DNA of 60,634 nt, the filler included, from Sphacelaria rigidula (lineage: Eukaryota), in the NCBI GenBank assembly GCA_964200075.2. It is 4 parts of 4 records of this genome, joined end to end, with 100 filler letters (N's around TTAATTAATTAA, not from the genome) between each part and the next. Parts side by side here need not be neighbours in the genome. Positions count along the whole stretch, not along the records: positions 45,554 to 60,634 come from CAXNAA020001915.1; 3 more parts are not named here. The stretch is one strand, 5' to 3'. Made by a program: the position numbers and the translations under genes. Shown piece after piece: positions 48,559 to 60,634 of the stretch (its first letter is position 1; each line of letters opens with the position of its first letter). Under the pieces are notes generated by a model, which saw only the letters and a program-made list of their open reading frames with translations, was not told the origin of the DNA and did no database searches.

Positions 48559-50241
48559 CAAGGTTGTGTTCTGTGGGAGCCTTTCAAACCGGTACCCGAC
48601 AGTTCTGTAATACCTTCAAGACTTTCATACCCTTACCCGATAGTTCTATGATCTCTGTAAGACTCCCGTACCGTTACCGGGGGGCACGGGTACGCACTTG
48701 ATAAGATACCTGATTGCGGGTACGGTTTTCTGTGCAACCTCCATACCCTACCCGACAGTTTCTGTGAGTGCTGTAAGCCTCCTATACCCTTACCCGACAG
48801 TTCTGTGAGTTCTGTGCAGAATGTTTACCTGTATCCGGAGCGCGGGTATGCTCTTGAGAAAATACCCAATTGTCGGTGCCGGTTTTCTGTAAGCCTCCCA
48901 CACCGTACTCGACAAGTTCTGTAAACTCTGTAAGAATTTCATCCAGTACCAGCACCCGACAGTTCCGTGAGCTATGTAAGCCTCCCATATCCCTACCGGG
49001 GGTAAGGGCATACCGTCATTGATATACCCGATTACAGGTATGAGCACAGGTAATATACCTCCGGGAGGTACGGATATAGGTTCAATCCCAACACGACCTC
49101 ATGACCTGAACATGTACCTCGCTTCGAGATCAACCCACCCAACTCCTTCATTCAAAACTGTACACCACCAATAATCCAATGTTGAAAAGTTCGTTGGTTT
49201 GGGATCTGACGGGATACAAGGTACCGCTGAGTGGAAACACGAAACATGAGCAGCCTTGCAGACCGTCAGGATGAATCACCCCCAGACTCGAGTGGTGGCT
49301 CGAGAGGGGGCGGTTCATCTGCGCCACCAGAGGATCAAGTAGCAAGGCGGACGTCATCGACGTTGATGGTGGTTGTGCCGTGATCATCAAACCCCAGGCC
49401 GTTCTCGACATGTACAGCACGGAGTATGAGCTACCACCGACAGTCGTCAAGGCCGTCGGCGATTTTGTCGCGTGCCGAAGGGCTTCCAGAGAACGGGCAG
49501 CCGTGAATGCTTCTTCATGTACTCTGTGGGAGTGTACGTGAAGCCGACGTATGTTTACGAACCCGACACATGTACCACTGCGATCGTTCGTGTAGTCTTT
49601 TTTTATCAACCCCATGAAGCCGTTTAGAGTTTTCGTGAAGTGTCATCTTCTGTATTTCGCCACTGTTGTAGTGACGTAGATCACACCACAGGGGTGATGA
49701 TAATACCAAGGTCGTGTTTTGTAGGGTACAGTTTTCCGTATACCCGTGGTATTTTGCCGGATGTTGACCGTACCCTACAGTTATGTAAACTCTGTAAGAT
49801 TCCCATACCGGTACCCGGCAGTTCTCCAATCTCTGGAAGGCTTTCATACCCGTACCCGATAGTTCTGTGAGTTCTGTAAGCGTCCCGTACCGTTACCGGG
49901 GGGCACGGGTATGCTCTTGATAAGATACCTGGTTGCTGGTACGGTTTTCTGTGCAACCTCCATACCCTACCCGACAGTTTCGGTGAGCTCTGTAAGCCTC
50001 CCATACCCTTACCCGATAGTTCTTTGAGTGCTGTAAACACTTTACCTTAACCGAGGGGCGGGTATACCCTGAAAGAGTTACCTGATTGTCGGTGCCGGTT
50101 TTCTGTAAGCCTCCCATACCGCACCCGATAAGTTATGCAATTTCTGTAAGAGTTTCATACCCGTACCCCACCGTTATGTAAGTTCTGTAAGGAATTTCAT
50201 ACCCTACAGAACGTACCCGTACCTTACAGAACACAACCTTG
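48559..50241. mobile_element. Non-autonomous hAT-like element with subterminal repeat arrays
   Basis: 16-bp TIR CAAGGTTGTGTTCTGT / ACAGAACACAACCTTG. Flanks CAATTTTA / AAATTTTA (8-bp TSD, 1 mismatch). Many ACCCGA(C/T)AGTTCTGT units, and a second left end at ~49707. Confidence 0.85.
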
Positions 50242-52180
50242 AAATTTTAGATGCGGAACACACTAAACAACAATCGTTCTCCACAGCAGCTCACAGCAGG
50301 GCAGGATATCGCAATCGTAGGCGGCGATGAATTCTCTGCCCGACATTACCGGGAATAATCGAGTGAATCGTTTTTTCTTGGAGCACTCCTTTAAGGTAAT
50401 TTCTCCAAAAACAAAACCTTGTGATGATGCTGCGACGTCGTGGACCACAGGCCATCAGCTGAGTGTTCAAACGTTATCTTGTCATGTGTGTGTGTGATTA
50501 CCTATCCACCATTGTCCACACCCGCCGCAGCCTATGCGCGGACAAACAGTGTGCCCGGGCTGATGGCATGTTAATGGATACTGCGGTACTATGAGTACTA
50601 TACGACACACGGCCGTATACACGCAAGTAGGGGAGTGGACTTGTGAAATCACCCCATCATTGTACTACAGTAACGTTGTCTGCTGGTTGCTGTGCGGACT
50701 GTACTCTCTGTACAGCAGACAACAGGCAAGAGTAGTACAGTAGTATTATATTGTACAGGGCTTGTAGCGCTCTGTCCAGTCGACAGGTAGTACGATACTG
50801 GAACACTCGTACTACTCGTGCTGCCGCCTCGATAGCCTGCACAGTGTACAGACAGCGTGGTGTCTTGTGCAACAGCAGTACAACAGGCGGTATTCTCGAT
50901 AGCAAGCAGCTGATGCGTGTACAGTCGGTGAGTTCAGAGCATCCATTCAATCGAGCGTGCGTGGCGCTTGGGTTGACAAAGAACCCAATACGACTGTTGG
51001 CTTGTCAATATCGAGTAGAGAGCTCATCGCCCACGTATGTGGTCTTCTGCCCGACGACAAGATCCTTTCTTGCCTGCCCTGATGGGGACTGCTGTGGAGT
51101 GCAACTGACCGTTGTTTTGTGTGTGCAGCATTTCAATTTGAAATTGGGTTTATTGTACAGTGTTGCGCCGAAAAAACACACATTTTTATTTCGGAACAGA
51201 ATTTGACCACTTTTCCCTCTAGTGCGCACTTTGCAGCGCACAAAACCAGATGTAGCGGCGTAGAACTGTTGACTGTGGTTCGCACAACATATGAGCAAAG
51301 TTTCAGCGCCTCGCAGCGTCTACAGCACGCGTAGGGCCGTGCGTCATGAACTGCGCAGCTCTACAGACTGTGTGCCAATCGGTACACTATAGATGGTCAT
51401 GATCCAGAGAGGGCCGCAGTACAGACCAGCGTCAGTTTTCCACCACAATGGCCGCCCAGCCGCGTTCAATGTCCAAGTTTGTGCATCTGCGCGTGCACAT
51501 ATGCATCAATCTGTAATGCGCAAAGGCTGGGCAGCTGCATGGCCGATTTGAGAGCGCAAGGGCGGCATTCCCCACCATCGGTTGGGGTCATGTTGGACGG
51601 TGTTCCCCGACCCAATCGCACGGATGCTTTGGGCATATGCTGCCTGTGTTGTGCCCAACTAGTTTGCAAAGTTTCATGATGGAACACGCAGTCACAGGCG
51701 AGAAATTCAAAATCCAAGTTGCACTGAGAAATGGTGGTTTACCGTGGGAAAGTACTCAAATAAACATGAGATACGGTACGGGTACTGTCTGTAGACCGTA
51801 CATTGCACCAGCGTATTATACTGCACTTTATATGGTGGTCATGACGGCCATGACGGAGTTTAATCATTTCAAACCCATCAGCTGCCCCGCCAGACATACA
51901 TGCAAACGATTGTGCCGTTCTCCAGTGCGACAAAAGCAATCGAGACGCTTCTTCTTCAAGCGGATTGTACACTCCATATACTAAGCCCTGGGCGCGGTGG
52001 TGCGCTGGAACACCAGGCGTCGTCGCCACCTATCGTCGTACAGTGGGGCCCGCAAGGCACCCGTACCGAGCAACACTAAGCACACCACCGAACGCCGGAT
52101 ATGATCACGTTCTCAGCCTGCAACTTGTGCCGACTATTCACCGCGCTAAAGACGGAAAACTATGTTTCTTGGATCATTCA

Positions 52181-52660
52181 CGGTCAATAACACCCTCCTG
52201 ATAAACTGGATCTTTACTCCGTATCGCCCCCACAACACCAACTTGGGCATTGTTATTCGAGCACGTTCTGCTTATTTTACCATCGACGCTAGCACTTTCG
52301 AGTGCTCATGGAAAATGTTATGCGACAAAAACCCGAAAAGAGGCTACCCGCAGAAAATGCTACACTGAGGAGGTCTGTGCAAGTATAGGAGGGAAAAACG
52401 ATCTCGATCGTTACTGTGAATAATTGTATACGTATTCATTCATCTGACTATTCACCGTTTCGTGGCGGAAGAGCCGGGAAACTGCTGATATTGGACCAAA
52501 AACGGTCAATAACACCCTCCTGATAAACGGGGTATCTAGTCCGTATCGCCCCAAAAACACCAACTTGGGCACTGCAGTTTGAGCGCAGCCTACGCTTTCC
52601 CCCTAAATCTAACGGCGCTAGCACTTTCAAGTAGTAATGAAAATAGTACCCGAGAAAACC
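52181..52660 (+). repeat. Diverged direct duplication (~320-bp spacing)
   Basis: CGGTCAATAACACCCTCCTGATAAAC..CCGTATCGCCCC..ACACCAACTTGGGCA at ~52181 and ~52503. Confidence 0.85.
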
Positions 52661-54906
52661 TCAAAAACTACAACAACTACGAATTCTTAACACTTCTGAT
52701 GCTGATCACTATAGTTTCATGTACACTTGAATCTCTCACCATCGAAGCTCGCCTCACCCCGCCCCGCGAATGTGGAATGTATGTAGAGGAGCCGCCCCTT
52801 TCCGTTCCTCAAATACCGCTTGCCGCTCCGATGGCGGGGGCGGATCCTTTCTTGCGAACGTCCGCTGTTGTGGGATGTACCGTGAAAGTCGCGCGCGCTT
52901 TTCGTCACACGAAGTCCTGGGTGATGCCGCTCCAGACTTCAACCCCAAGCCCCACACTGGAACTCTCAAGCTCCGACAAAAATTGTGCTGTAGCTACCAC
53001 GGACGCCTGATCAACGCGCCTTGCTCCCAATGGAGGACGAGGTTCTGCGTTTCCCCTCCTGTGTGACACTTCCCCTTTCCTCTCTATGATAGCCAATGGT
53101 GTAATGGAGTAACGTGGTTCGATCTCACATACACGGCACAGACAGTGCTCAGGTGCTAGTGCGCCGTGTTGTTGACGCTGGACCAGCACTGTTGTTCAGT
53201 CGGTAGATATTCAAGCCACGACGTTCCTGTTTCTATCACTCGTCGAAAACCGCCAGAGAGGTATCTCAGGAGTCACCTCGTCTTCTCCTTCTACCTAAGA
53301 CAGTCACTCTTACAGATATCCTCGTCGATCACAAAGGTCAGTAGTTAGCAGATCTCAAGCAACAGGGCAGCCGCAACACACAGCGCAACTTCCTCGTTCA
53401 TTTTGAACACAGCACAGGCAAGCGGTTTGGATAAGGAACATTCACGAACCGAACCACATGAGCGAACAGGGGATAATTATGTTTCTGGTTCTAGTTCTGG
53501 TTCCCGATTGGGTGCATCTATCAAGCAAACATGGATGCTGACGGGAGAACCACTCTCCCGGAACCTATCACCAAAGCCGCTGATAGGCAACCAAGTTGAC
53601 GCTATAAAGATAATGCGGTAGTCTAGCGCGATGCCTGGTTTCGCATGAGAGAAGAAATAATGGTGCACCTGCTGGAGGTCAGCAGAGGAAAGCGAGAGGT
53701 GAGGAAATGCGAAATATCCGGTATTGCATTGTTCCTGTCGCGGTACACAATGCAGACATTGCTCAATATTCCGCATGGTTTAGTGTCACTTTGTATAATA
53801 CGTCCAAAACAGAATGTAATGGAGGAGCAGCTGTTGTTGTCACAGGCATCGGTAACACGGTCTTCGCGCTGCAGTTTATCCTGATATCTTTATGTCAGTC
53901 GACATGTTCTTTATAATAGATGCGACAAATTCATCCTGACCCACTGTTGATAGACCGCAGCGTTTTCATCAATTTTCACGGATGGGGCTGCTGGTCGCCG
54001 CTGCAAGGATTTACCATCTTCATCGCGCCAGAGAACAGCCGCGCGCTGTATTCAAGAACTGGGGGCAAGAGTGCTGAGACTGGATATCAAACTGATCTTG
54101 TGGGTGATGTTGGTCGTCGGACAACATCTCAGAGCAGAGACACCGTGGGTATCATGAGGGGGGGGGGGGGGGGCTCTCTGCAGCATGCGCACACCCAGAT
54201 TTTCTGAGGATCAGTCCTACGCCGCTCAGCGCAAGCGCTACAGGCTGGTTCACGCTAATCACCCAAACTTGTGTGATCAGCAAATGCCTTTCGCTATGGC
54301 TACCCCCATAGTCGCATACATGATATCATACTGACAGCCATGGACAGCTGAAGAGCGCGATCTAGCCAGATTTGTGTTCAAGGCTATTACGGTAGCACCA
54401 AGGGCAAAAAGGTACCTCGACCAATCAGCGCCCTTCAATTTTTTCCAAGATCGATAATACGAATTCCAAGTCCAATTTTCACCCAATTTCCACATTCAAA
54501 TCGTAGTTACCACCACCAGCTCGGAAATCTAACGAAAATGACATATTTGAAAATGGTTACTATGGGGTCGAATTACACCCGAAACCGTGATATTTCGATG
54601 ATCCAGGGTTTTGGCATGGTCCAATTCCACTGATGTTATACGCGAAAGACCCTGGGACCCTGGCGACGATTTCCCTTACATCTGTCGTAGAAAAGCTCAT
54701 ATCGCCCTCAAACTTGGCAGTTCCGTAGGTAATGATGTTCCAAATGGAAAATATATATATACTCTTGACAATATTACAAAATTTCTCCGTTTTTTACGGC
54801 TTCCGGGGTCCCAGTATGAAGACCCCCGGAAGGCGGTACAGAATGCCTCAAAATAAAAAAGAATAATGCGTCCCGGGATAGTTCAAGGAACACATGTACA
54901 AACTGT

Positions 54907-57900
54907 CAAGGGCAGGTCAGGTAGGGCATAGTTTTGAAGAGTCATACTCTCAGTACCACCCCAAACATCAAGGTAGAGTATTATAATCTTACCCAAACTA
55001 CCCAAATTTTGGGTAGAGTATCAACGCTTTTGGGACCGACCCCCCACTAACACAGGGTTGACCCTGTGTTGGTGAAATAATAAAAAAACAAGTCTTCGAG
55101 CGACCTGCCCAATCACGGCGAGGGGAAATTTATCGACCAGACCCGAACGACCAGTGCTGGGATTGTTGGCGAGTATGATGCCACTGTATTGATCGTGTGG
55201 GGACCCTATCCCTGGCTCAGATAAGCCTTCGCAGGTTTCCAAGTGCAGGGCGTTTGGAGCTTGGTTGTATGATATGATGACTTGCACACATTATACCAAG
55301 TTTATGTACTATAGGGTATACCTCCTCAAAATTCAGGTATTTACATACGTCTCCGGGATGTATTGTATCAGAAAATGCCCTTGAGAACCTTACCAGAGTG
55401 TTCGGAACAGGGCTCGATACCCTGCCGAGCCATACTTGAATGTGCGTTACACACTCCGCGATAGTTTAGTATGTCAACTAAAAATCACCCACTTCCGGGT
55501 ATACCCTACAGAACACAACCTTGCAGTATACCGTTCCCGAGTTTTCCGGTGGGTTTTTTGGGTCTCAATTTCATACTAAAACGTACTAATTACACTAACA
55601 CAGGGTCGACCGGAAAACCGGGAAGGAGCGTACATGCTACCATGTGGTCATTTTCACCACGCCCTAAAACCAGGTGGGCTGTGGAAAGACAAAATGATCT
55701 ACTGTCATGAGTTCTGCTTATCCCTCTGGCGATAACTTGCAGGGTGCAGTTAATATGTATATAGTGGGTGGGGATGAAGAAGCGGTATGTAGGCAGATGA
55801 TCTTGGTAGCTGAGAATTGCCCAGAACGTGCAAGGGAGTATGCAGCGGCAGCTGCAACTTCAGTCGGAGAGGCGTACTACACTGTACTGTACTGTACTGT
55901 ACTGTACTGTGCTGTTGCATGCATGCGTGCCGCAACACTGATACCGTTCGAAGAGAATTTGCCGCATGCCACAAAGGGGGGAATAGCGGCCCACCCCGAC
56001 CACAAAGAGCTGTGTGGCAAGGTGATGGGTACAAAAGTATTATCCAAAGCCACAAGTGGCGGGCGGCCCGCCGGTCGCCGCACCTTGTTGGAAGCTCTCT
56101 ACCGCGACCCATACTGCTTGCTACGTCATCAGATGTACACCATTGCACCTGTGCATCTGAAAATAGACTGGATGAAACACTTCGGTCTTCGTCATAACCC
56201 TGCGCTTATTACATGCACGTATTTTCAGCAACACGCCACTGTTTCGTGCAGACGCCAGACGCGTCATTCCTGACCAGCCTCATTTGTCGTTCTGGAGGCC
56301 CGGTCCCAAAAGGGTTAAGGTCATACCCAAGTAATACCCTATGCCCAGATATTGCTGCGAGCACTTACTCAATATTTGAGGTCGTACCCAATCTACGCAA
56401 AAGTGGGTAGAGTATTCGAGGCCGTACTCAGTCTGCCCTAAATTTGGGCAGAGCATTGAGTTCACACCCGAGTGATACTCAATACTCCGGTATTGCTGAT
56501 GGTGCTTACCCAATATTTGGGTACAGTATTCTAGGTTGTAACCAACCTACCCGAAATTTGGGTAAAGTATATGAGGTCTCACCCAATCTACCCAAACCTC
56601 ACGTAGAGTAAATGCCTGGGTTTTTCACTTGAGTATTCAAAGTACATACCCTTCCCGACCTGCCCTTGGCTTTTTCGATCGAAAACATGCTTAGGAAAGG
56701 TGCGAAGGGGCACCTGACTACTACCTTTCAGACCGACCATCACGCCAGATACCACCCGTTCACAAAACCATGCAAACCCCACGCAACTCATTCTCAGCTT
56801 CCACTGCAACCCTGCAGCGTAGCGCCGCCGTGCCTCGGTGGTGTGATAGTCCGACTGTCGCCATTAGGGTGGAGGGAAGAAGGGTTCGATAAAAAACAAT
56901 TGATTAAAATAGAGCACGAGTTGGGCACAAGGATAGATATAGATATACAGTGGGGGGCTTTCAGTAGTGCCGGTTGAAGTGCCAACGACCTATATAGTGC
57001 CGGTAAAATCTCCGGGCACAGCCAGAGCTCGCAGTAGTAGTGCCAGGCGGCACCACTGACTGATGACCCTCAGTAATGCGGTTTGAACGGTTTTGTACCT
57101 TCAACACTGCCGGTTATGGCCGTTATCGGGTAGCCCGTAGCATCTACGCCCGAGCACAGAACAGCCATGGGAAGAGTCGTGTCTAGTTTGTCGCATCGGT
57201 GTGTTTTTTTTTCGAGGTCGTTTGTTTCTCTCTCTTCTTGTCTCGGTAGCCGGTAGGGAGTGAAAGGGGGTGTGGTTCATTCTTCCTCGCTCACTCCTGT
57301 TGGTGGGCGGGCGGCCTACTCTTTCGTGAGTTTTTTTCCACACCAGATGCTGCACCTTCTTAGTTGCGTCGGGTGCAGATGTGTCCTTGTTTTTCTTGTC
57401 GGGAAGGTCTTTCGGCATGAGCAACTGTTGTGGCCGTACTGCTGTTGTTGTGCTAGTAGGGAAGGAAATGATCAACCTGTGAACAGGATCAATCGAGTTA
57501 AATGTGAAAAAGAAGAAAAAATCGGGTTTAGTTCTGCTCCCCCGAAACCTTACGTGACGTATTCTATCGAAACTCCTTGAAACAAAGGTCCTCGTCCGTT
57601 TTGTGCTTCCGTTGGTCCCACGAAGGGCAAGCGTAGAACCGTACGAACGGACGGTCGTCAGTAGTGCCAAAACCGGCACTACTGAGGTATTCAGAGCCCT
57701 CAATTGCACCTGTTTTGGCACTTTTCAGAGTAGTGCCGGGCTCTCTGAGTATTGCCGGTGTCCGTGGTGGGCACATACCGACGCTACTGAGAGCCCCCCT
57801 CTGTACTGTAGTAGTTGGGTATGACAGTTTTTTTTTTTTTTATGGCGAAAACTTGAGCATCTTTTTCATGGTGGGGATCGGCGACGGAACTGCGTGATGA

Positions 57901-58634
57901 GGTGGACGATCAGATTGCGTACACTCATCAACAATGTAGGCAGTACGAAGCTGCAACTTGTATGAGTCCTTTTCACCTCGCAATGTAAGCAGACAGTACA
58001 GATAGTCCTGCGCTGTCTTTACTGCACGTTGCCTGCTTCTTCTTCACATCCTACGGTACGTAACACGCTCACAGATACTCAGGCACACTGTATGAATATA
58101 TCGCAGACAGCACAGTACGGCGCTGTAGACAAAGCGAGCAAGCTTCACGAAACTCTCCGTCTCTTTTCGATCGAAAGCTTGCAAATTCGTTTGGACCCAA
58201 GTCGCGAAAAATGAACAGATTCATTTGAATAATATTTCACCGCACATTTTTTTCAAGGATCGTGAATGATGTGCGAAGACACGGCCTTACCCAATATTTG
58301 GGTAGAGTATTTGAGGTCGTACCCAACATACCCAATTTTGGGTGGAGTATTGAGGTCATACCCAAGTGATACTCTTTACCCAGGTATTGCTGAGAGTGCT
58401 TACGCATGGTCTGGGTAGAGTATTTGAGGTCGTACTCAATTTACCCAAAATTGGGCAGAGTACAAGGTCATACCCAAGTGATACTCTATACCCAGGTATT
58501 GCTGATAATTCTCACCCAATATTTGGGTATAGTATTTGAGGTCACACCCAAACTACCCAGAATTTGGGTAGAGTAAATACCCGGGTATTTCACCCGTGTA
58601 TTCAAAACTACATACCGTACCCGACCTGCCCTTG
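54907..58634. mobile_element. Nested hAT-like composite element
   Basis: TIR CAAGGGCAGGTC / GACCTGCCCTTG (right ends at 56668 and 58634). Degenerate 8-bp TSD CAAACTGT / CAACGTTT where the uninterrupted copy has a single CAAACTTT. Contains ACCCAA..TTGGGTAGAGTAT arrays. Confidence 0.8.
56948..57803. mobile_element. TA-flanked MITE nested inside the composite
   Basis: TIR CAGTGGGGGGCTTTCAGTAG / CTACTGAGAGCCCCCCTCTG with TA flanks and repeated CAGTAGTGCCGG subterminal motifs. Confidence 0.8.
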
Positions 58635-60159
58635 CAACGTTTGGTTGAGAAACTCGAAAACCTCACAGTTTTTGTTGCCTTCACATGGTATATACCCCAA
58701 AAAGACGTCTTCGTACTAAGACCAAGTAGTTAGGGGTTTGCATGTTTCAAGCTCACGTCCTCGCAGAAACGCTCAAAACCTCACGGCGTTGTTGAGAGGT
58801 AAACCCTGAAACTTTGCACAAACGTGCTATGGGTCATTACGCAACTTTTGATGGACGAAGCTTTCTCTACTTGTTGGCTCTTTCACAGTTTTTGGGGGGT
58901 CCGGCGGGATCGAAGTCGTTTTTTCGAAGTAACCCCCACTCTGGGACCCCGGAAAACCGGCACCGCGATTTTTTTTCATTTTTTCTGCATACGAACTGTC
59001 GCTGTATACTCCAAGAAAGGGCCCCACAAAGTTTCGTGGCCAAAATCGATGAGTTGATTGAATGTCATGTTCACGTCAGAGAAGATCCCAAAACGCCATT
59101 ATACACTAAAATCAAGTACTTCGCGGTTTCGCCGTGGCATGGAGAAGTTCATCTCACAAACGCGCAAACGTTCACGCCGTTTTAAGGAGTTAGATCCTGA
59201 AATTTTGCACGAATATGCTATGGGTCATTACACAAAATTGGATAAACGAGTTGTTTTTCCTTCACCGTTTTTCGGAAGTCCGACGTAGTCGAAGTTTCTC
59301 CGAAAAACGTGGGACCCCCGAAAAACGATGAAAAAGGGCAAAAAATTATAAAAAATAGCTCCACTTTCGAAGGTTGCGCGATGACCCACAGCCCATTTGT
59401 GCAATTTTACAGGGTCTAACTCCTAAGCACGGCATGAACGTTTGCCGATAAGTGTCTTTAGTTGGATAAGCGTGAGCGAGCCTGTATATAAAAAAAGTGA
59501 CCGGCAAGCTTAGCAACTACTGTAGTCAGCAGCCTACTAGTCAATAGCCCCTTCCGATTATTCTCGTGAACTATTATTATCACATGCGCCGTGTCGAATA
59601 AATAATCCCGTGACGTATGGAGATGTCTCAATACTACAGTGGAGAGTCCAAGCGAAACCCCGATAGATCTACAAAACGCATCAGTGTTGTATCTTTTGAA
59701 TGATACAAGCTGGGCCGCGTCAGAAACTCACTTTCCCTCAGCTCGTCCTGCGATGTATCGCGAGTTGCGTCTACTATGACACGTCGTGGTAGTCGGCAAA
59801 TCAGCGGGCGTTTTGAAATCCATGTAGCACTGCGATCCGACAGGGTCTCATGAAACGAAATACCAAACGGTAGTCAAGTGCTGAGTGTAGAGAGTTGAGG
59901 GTACCATGTGCGGCGGAATTAGCCAAAAAATACTCGGCTGAAACTGGATTTTGAGTTACAGTCGGTTGTGCCGCGTGGTGACGCACAAGCTATGATCGTA
60001 CAACAACACATGCGCACTAGGTGCGCAGTGTCTAAGATGGCACGCAGACGAGGCCCCCCGCGCGCCAAGCCGTCTGGTAGTAATGTGCGAACAAACGAGC
60101 AGCTTGTGAAGACCTCTAAGCCGAAAGTGGAAAAAGACAGGTCGATTTTGAGAGAATGG

Positions 60160-60592
60160 CGCGATTCCCGGGCTCAATTTTGAGTCGTTTCCGATGAAAT
60201 TTCGACACAATGTACGGGACCTATGTGCAAGTACCCCTTTGTCCCTCCCTTGTTTTTTTTCTTGTTCGTGAGTAATTGACGATGGAAAATGTCAGACCAG
60301 TTTTTTCGGAACAAAATCACCAATAAATCACGAAGAAGAAGAACAGAGACGGGGAGGGGGAGAGTAAGAAGGGGTGTTCACACAGACATCCTGTATGCTG
60401 TGTCAAATTTTCATCGAAAAAAACTCGAAATTGAGCAGCATAACTGCGTTTGAATTATTCGTGGCAGGTTCGTCTCCACATATTATAGGGACTGGCTTTC
60501 GACCGAACGACGCGATTCCCGAATTCAATTTTGAGTCGTTTTCGATGAAATTTCGACATGATGTACAAGATGCATGTGCGAACACCCTTTTT
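60160..60592. repeat. ~80-bp module in forward-reverse-forward arrangement
   Basis: CGCGATTCCCG..TCAATTTTGAGTCGTTT.CGATGAAATTTCGACA at ~60160 and ~60510, with an inverted copy at ~60369-60437. Confidence 0.8.
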
Positions 60593-60634
60593 TAACCCCC
60601 CCCCCCCTTATTTATGGCGACGAAACATCTTAGT

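Larger units (their letters stand above)
54241..59484. mobile_element. TA-flanked element homologous to 2343-3861, split by nested insertions
   Basis: Ends TA-CAGGCTGGTTCACGCTAATC / GATAAGCGTGAGCGAGCCTG-TA. 54241-54906 and 58635-59484 are colinear with the reverse complement of 2343-3861. Confidence 0.85.

Noticed and set aside
48590-50225. CRISPR-like repeat array (ACCCGACAGTTCTGT units)
   Set aside because: The units are degenerate and irregularly spaced, the intervening sequences are related to each other, the array is bounded by TIRs and a TSD, and there are no cas genes. These are transposon subterminal repeats.
53700-54120. Possible highly decayed RTE-type LINE RT on the minus strand
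   Set aside because: Only faint motif resemblance, which cannot be supported without a profile search.
55707-56273. 188-aa ORF inside the nested element
   Set aside because: Runs through a (TACTG)n microsatellite and has no recognisable transposase motif. At most a decayed fragment.
56310-58634. Second CRISPR-like or palindromic array (ACCCAA..TTGGGTAGAGTAT)
   Set aside because: Same reasoning: subterminal repeats ending in the GACCTGCCCTTG TIR.
30372-60634. Downstream GT48 exons (VGKGRD and transmembrane region)
   Set aside because: No matching exon found by eye, and these are different contigs.

Overview
Eukaryotic, intron-rich, repeat-rich DNA, most consistent with a brown alga (inference from gene families, intron structure and LINE motifs). 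The window is not one locus. It is four unrelated pieces of 15088, 15083, 15082 and 15081 bp, in descending size order, joined by artificial 100-nt spacers (44 N + TTAATTAATTAA + 44 N). Piece 1 (1-15088) carries a 7-exon, 5'-incomplete minus-strand gene that the ORF track largely misses. Manual splicing gives an exostosin/GT47-like glycosyltransferase domain followed by a C-terminal WSC carbohydrate-binding domain. Piece 2 (15189-30271) carries 11 internal exons (1840 nt, phase-consistent) of a GT48 1,3-beta-glucan (callose/laminarin-type) synthase, truncated at both ends. Pieces 3 and 4 contain no host gene that I can recognise. They hold decayed gypsy and LINE fragments, three copies of a ~2.7-kb element with a gag-like ORF and no pol, foldbacks, and nested non-autonomous DNA transposons (TA-flanked Tc1/mariner-like and 8-bp-TSD hAT-like). 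I found no rRNA, intact tRNA or CRISPR array. The best novelty candidate is the exostosin-like GT + WSC fusion. I see no solid evidence for a multi-gene novel system.
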